From: the human T2T-CHM13v2.0 reference genome, Homo sapiens
Direction: 5' to 3' (one strand)
Length of the DNA: 64,000 nucleotides
Assembly (NCBI RefSeq): GCF_009914755.1
Contig: NC_060943.1
Both the position numbers and the translations under genes were made by a program. Positions 61,843-64,000 of this stretch are shown here, in pieces. Position 1 is the first letter of the stretch. The number at the start of each line of letters is the position of its first letter. The notes under the pieces were generated by a model. That model searched no databases and was not told the DNA's origin. It worked only from the letters and a program-made list of their open reading frames with translations.

Positions 61843-63823
61843 TGATTTCTGTCTCCATCACATAATACCTGGCATAATCTGCCATGCTCTGAATTTCTCT
61901 GCCTCAAGTCCTCTGCAATTATTTTTCCTCTTTAGCTTGCTTCTACTTTTTAGTTCAAGTTCCTCCACTCCTGGCTTCCTATCTGGAGGTGGAATGGTGA
62001 AGGGAGCTGTTCTAAGAGTATTTGCTCTCTCCCTTCCCGTCTGAGTAGGAAAACCAGACTCACCATCACCACACACATGCCACCACCCTGAATGGGTGTT
62101 AAATGCTGGGGTGTGAGGATCAGAATGGGATGGGGAGGTGAAATCTAAGAGAGTCAAAGGAGATGGGCTGAGCTGAGTCTCTACTCCAAGAAAGACATTC
62201 TAGCAGCAGATCCAAGAGACAGAACGTGGCACTGTGTGTGAGTCACTCAGTTTTCGTAGAATTTCCACTGCTTCTGGACACAGGATGCCTCAGCTCAGCC
62301 AGCCAAACCCCATTCCCAAAACTTACAGATACCTTGAGGGATTCAGTTTCCAAGTCTGAGAATACAGTCGTGTGAAAAGGACATTGAATTTTGATAAATA
62401 GTATATGTGGGTAGGATATAATATCCAGGAAGTTCATTTCAGGCCAATAAGGCTTTGAAAATATTTGGTGCGGAAAAGGTAGTGAATCACTTTTTAGATT
62501 ATTAAGGAACACAATCACTAATTGCACTGGAGGAGATGTTCTCCTCCAGAGACTGGGGTTCAGAGGTGATCCCTACACCTTAGAGTTTTAAAACACACAC
62601 ACGCACACACACCAACACACACTACAGCAAAGTTCTTTTTTTCTTTTTTAAATTTGATACAGCAAAGTTCTGATACACCAACACAAGTAATCTTTGATTA
62701 TTGTTATTTAACATCTTGAGTAGAAAACAAGAACTTTTTGAACAAAACCTGTTCAATTGATTTATTTCTCTTGTTTTCTAAATCTTCAGCTTACTTTCCT
62801 TATTAACATTCTAGTGTTCCATTACACAGTAGGGTAGCTGTAGTTAACGATAATACATTGCATATTTCAAAATAGTTAGAAGAGAGGATTTTGAATGTTC
62901 TTACCACAAAGAAATGATAAATGTCTCAGTAATGGATATAATAATTACCCGAATTTGATTGTTATACATCGCATACATGTATAAAAACATCACACTGTAC
63001 CCCACAAATATGTACAATTATTATGTCAATTAAAAAAATTTAATAACTGTTTAATTAGGGTTATACTTAATTAAGTAACGAACAAAGAGTTTTCCTTGTT
63101 GTCTATCAAGACTTTCTAAAACAACATGGTCTGCCAGCTGTGGTGGCTCACGCCTGTAATTCCAGCACTTTGGGAGGCTAACGGGGGGGCGGGTGGTGGA
63201 TCACTTGAGGCCAGGAGTTCGAGGCCAGCATGGCCAACATGGTGAAACCACATCTCTACAAAAATACAAAAATTAGCTGGACATGGTGGTGTGCGCCTGT
63301 AGTTCTAGCTACTTGGGAGGCTGAGGCATGAGAATCGCTTGAACCCTGGAGGCAGAAGTTGAAATGAGATTATACCACTACACTCCAGCCTGGGTGACAG
63401 AGTGAGAATCTGTCTCAAAAAATAAAACAATAAAAAAAAATAAAACAACATGGTTTCCCTATTTGATAGATGGGGAAACAAGTCCCAGAGGTTAAGTGAC
63501 TTTCCCAGTGAAGAAAAGACAGAGCTGCCACTTGTACCCAGATTGTCTGGATCCTAAAATCAATAGCCTAAAAAGATAATAATTTGCCTCTTACACCCCA
63601 CCAAGAAATTCTGTTCAATTCTGTTGAGCTGAGAGAGAAGAACAGGGAGACTGGAAATATGAAGAAAGGGGAATGGCCCCAGAGGGTTTCCCTGTGTGAA
63701 TTCAATTTACCTTTATTCAGGTGGGAGATTATAGGTTATATAACCACCCCCAATATAAAGCAATCTCTTCCCCGATGACACTCAAACCCGGAAAACTTGA
63801 ATCCCAGGGTGTTCAGATTTTGG

Positions 63824-63829
63824 TATAAG
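63824..63829 (+). promoter_or_regulatory. Candidate TATA box of CYP2G1P
   Basis: TATAAG about 70 nt upstream of the ATG. Confidence 0.4.
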
Positions 63830-63894
63830 CTGATCTCCCAGGACCTACTTAGGCAGGATCTGGTGCCCAGGACAGAACCTGTTGACCTGGCACC

Positions 63895-64000
63895 ATGGAG
63901 CTGGGAGGGGCTGTCACCATCTTTCTGGCACTCCGCTTGTCTTGCCTGCTCATCCTCATTGCCTGGAAACGAATGGATAAGGCAGGAAAGCTGCCCCCAG
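63895..64000 (+). pseudogene. CYP2G1P: CYP2G1P exon 1, truncated by the window end
   Basis: CACC-ATG at 63895 gives MELGGAVTIFLALRLSCLLILIAWKRMDKAGKLPP, a CYP2G1-type signal anchor and Pro-rich hinge. Position next to CYP2A7 matches the known cluster order. Pseudogene status is prior knowledge, not visible here. Confidence 0.9.

Noticed and set aside
62239-62245. AP-1 heptamer TGAGTCA (also ~32182)
   Set aside because: Several are expected by chance in 64 kb and there is no supporting context.
63677-63844. Possible Olf-1/EBF sites upstream of CYP2G1P (CCCCAGAGGG, TCCCAGGGT, CTCCCAGGAC)
   Set aside because: Spacing does not fit TCCCNNGGGA.

Overview
Primate (almost certainly human) chr19q13.2 CYP2 cluster. 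The window holds two complete 9-exon minus-strand P450 genes: CYP2A6 (CDS 23125->16492) and CYP2A7 (CDS 54861->48402). Each has 1485 nt (494 aa + stop), intact GT-AG junctions and heme Cys439. They sit in a ~25-26 kb direct segmental duplication (3310-28316 vs 34205-60072) separated by a ~5.9 kb unique spacer that carries an ERVL gag relic. Exon 1 of CYP2G1P begins on the + strand at the far right. The rest is mostly Alu/L1/MaLR/MIR. Points of interest: CYP2A6 has the CYP2A7-type 3'UTR tract (*1B/*46-like) and -1013G; the CYP2A7 copy has CYP2A6-like residues at heme-critical positions (R128, S131, G479) plus C311; a cryptic degenerate ~43-bp tandem array fills intron 4 of both genes; an L1/RPS4X chimeric retrocopy lies near 1.7 kb; paralog-specific indels help date the duplication. 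No fundamentally new biological system is evident. Allele names, literature positions and reference protein sequences are recalled from memory and need database checks.
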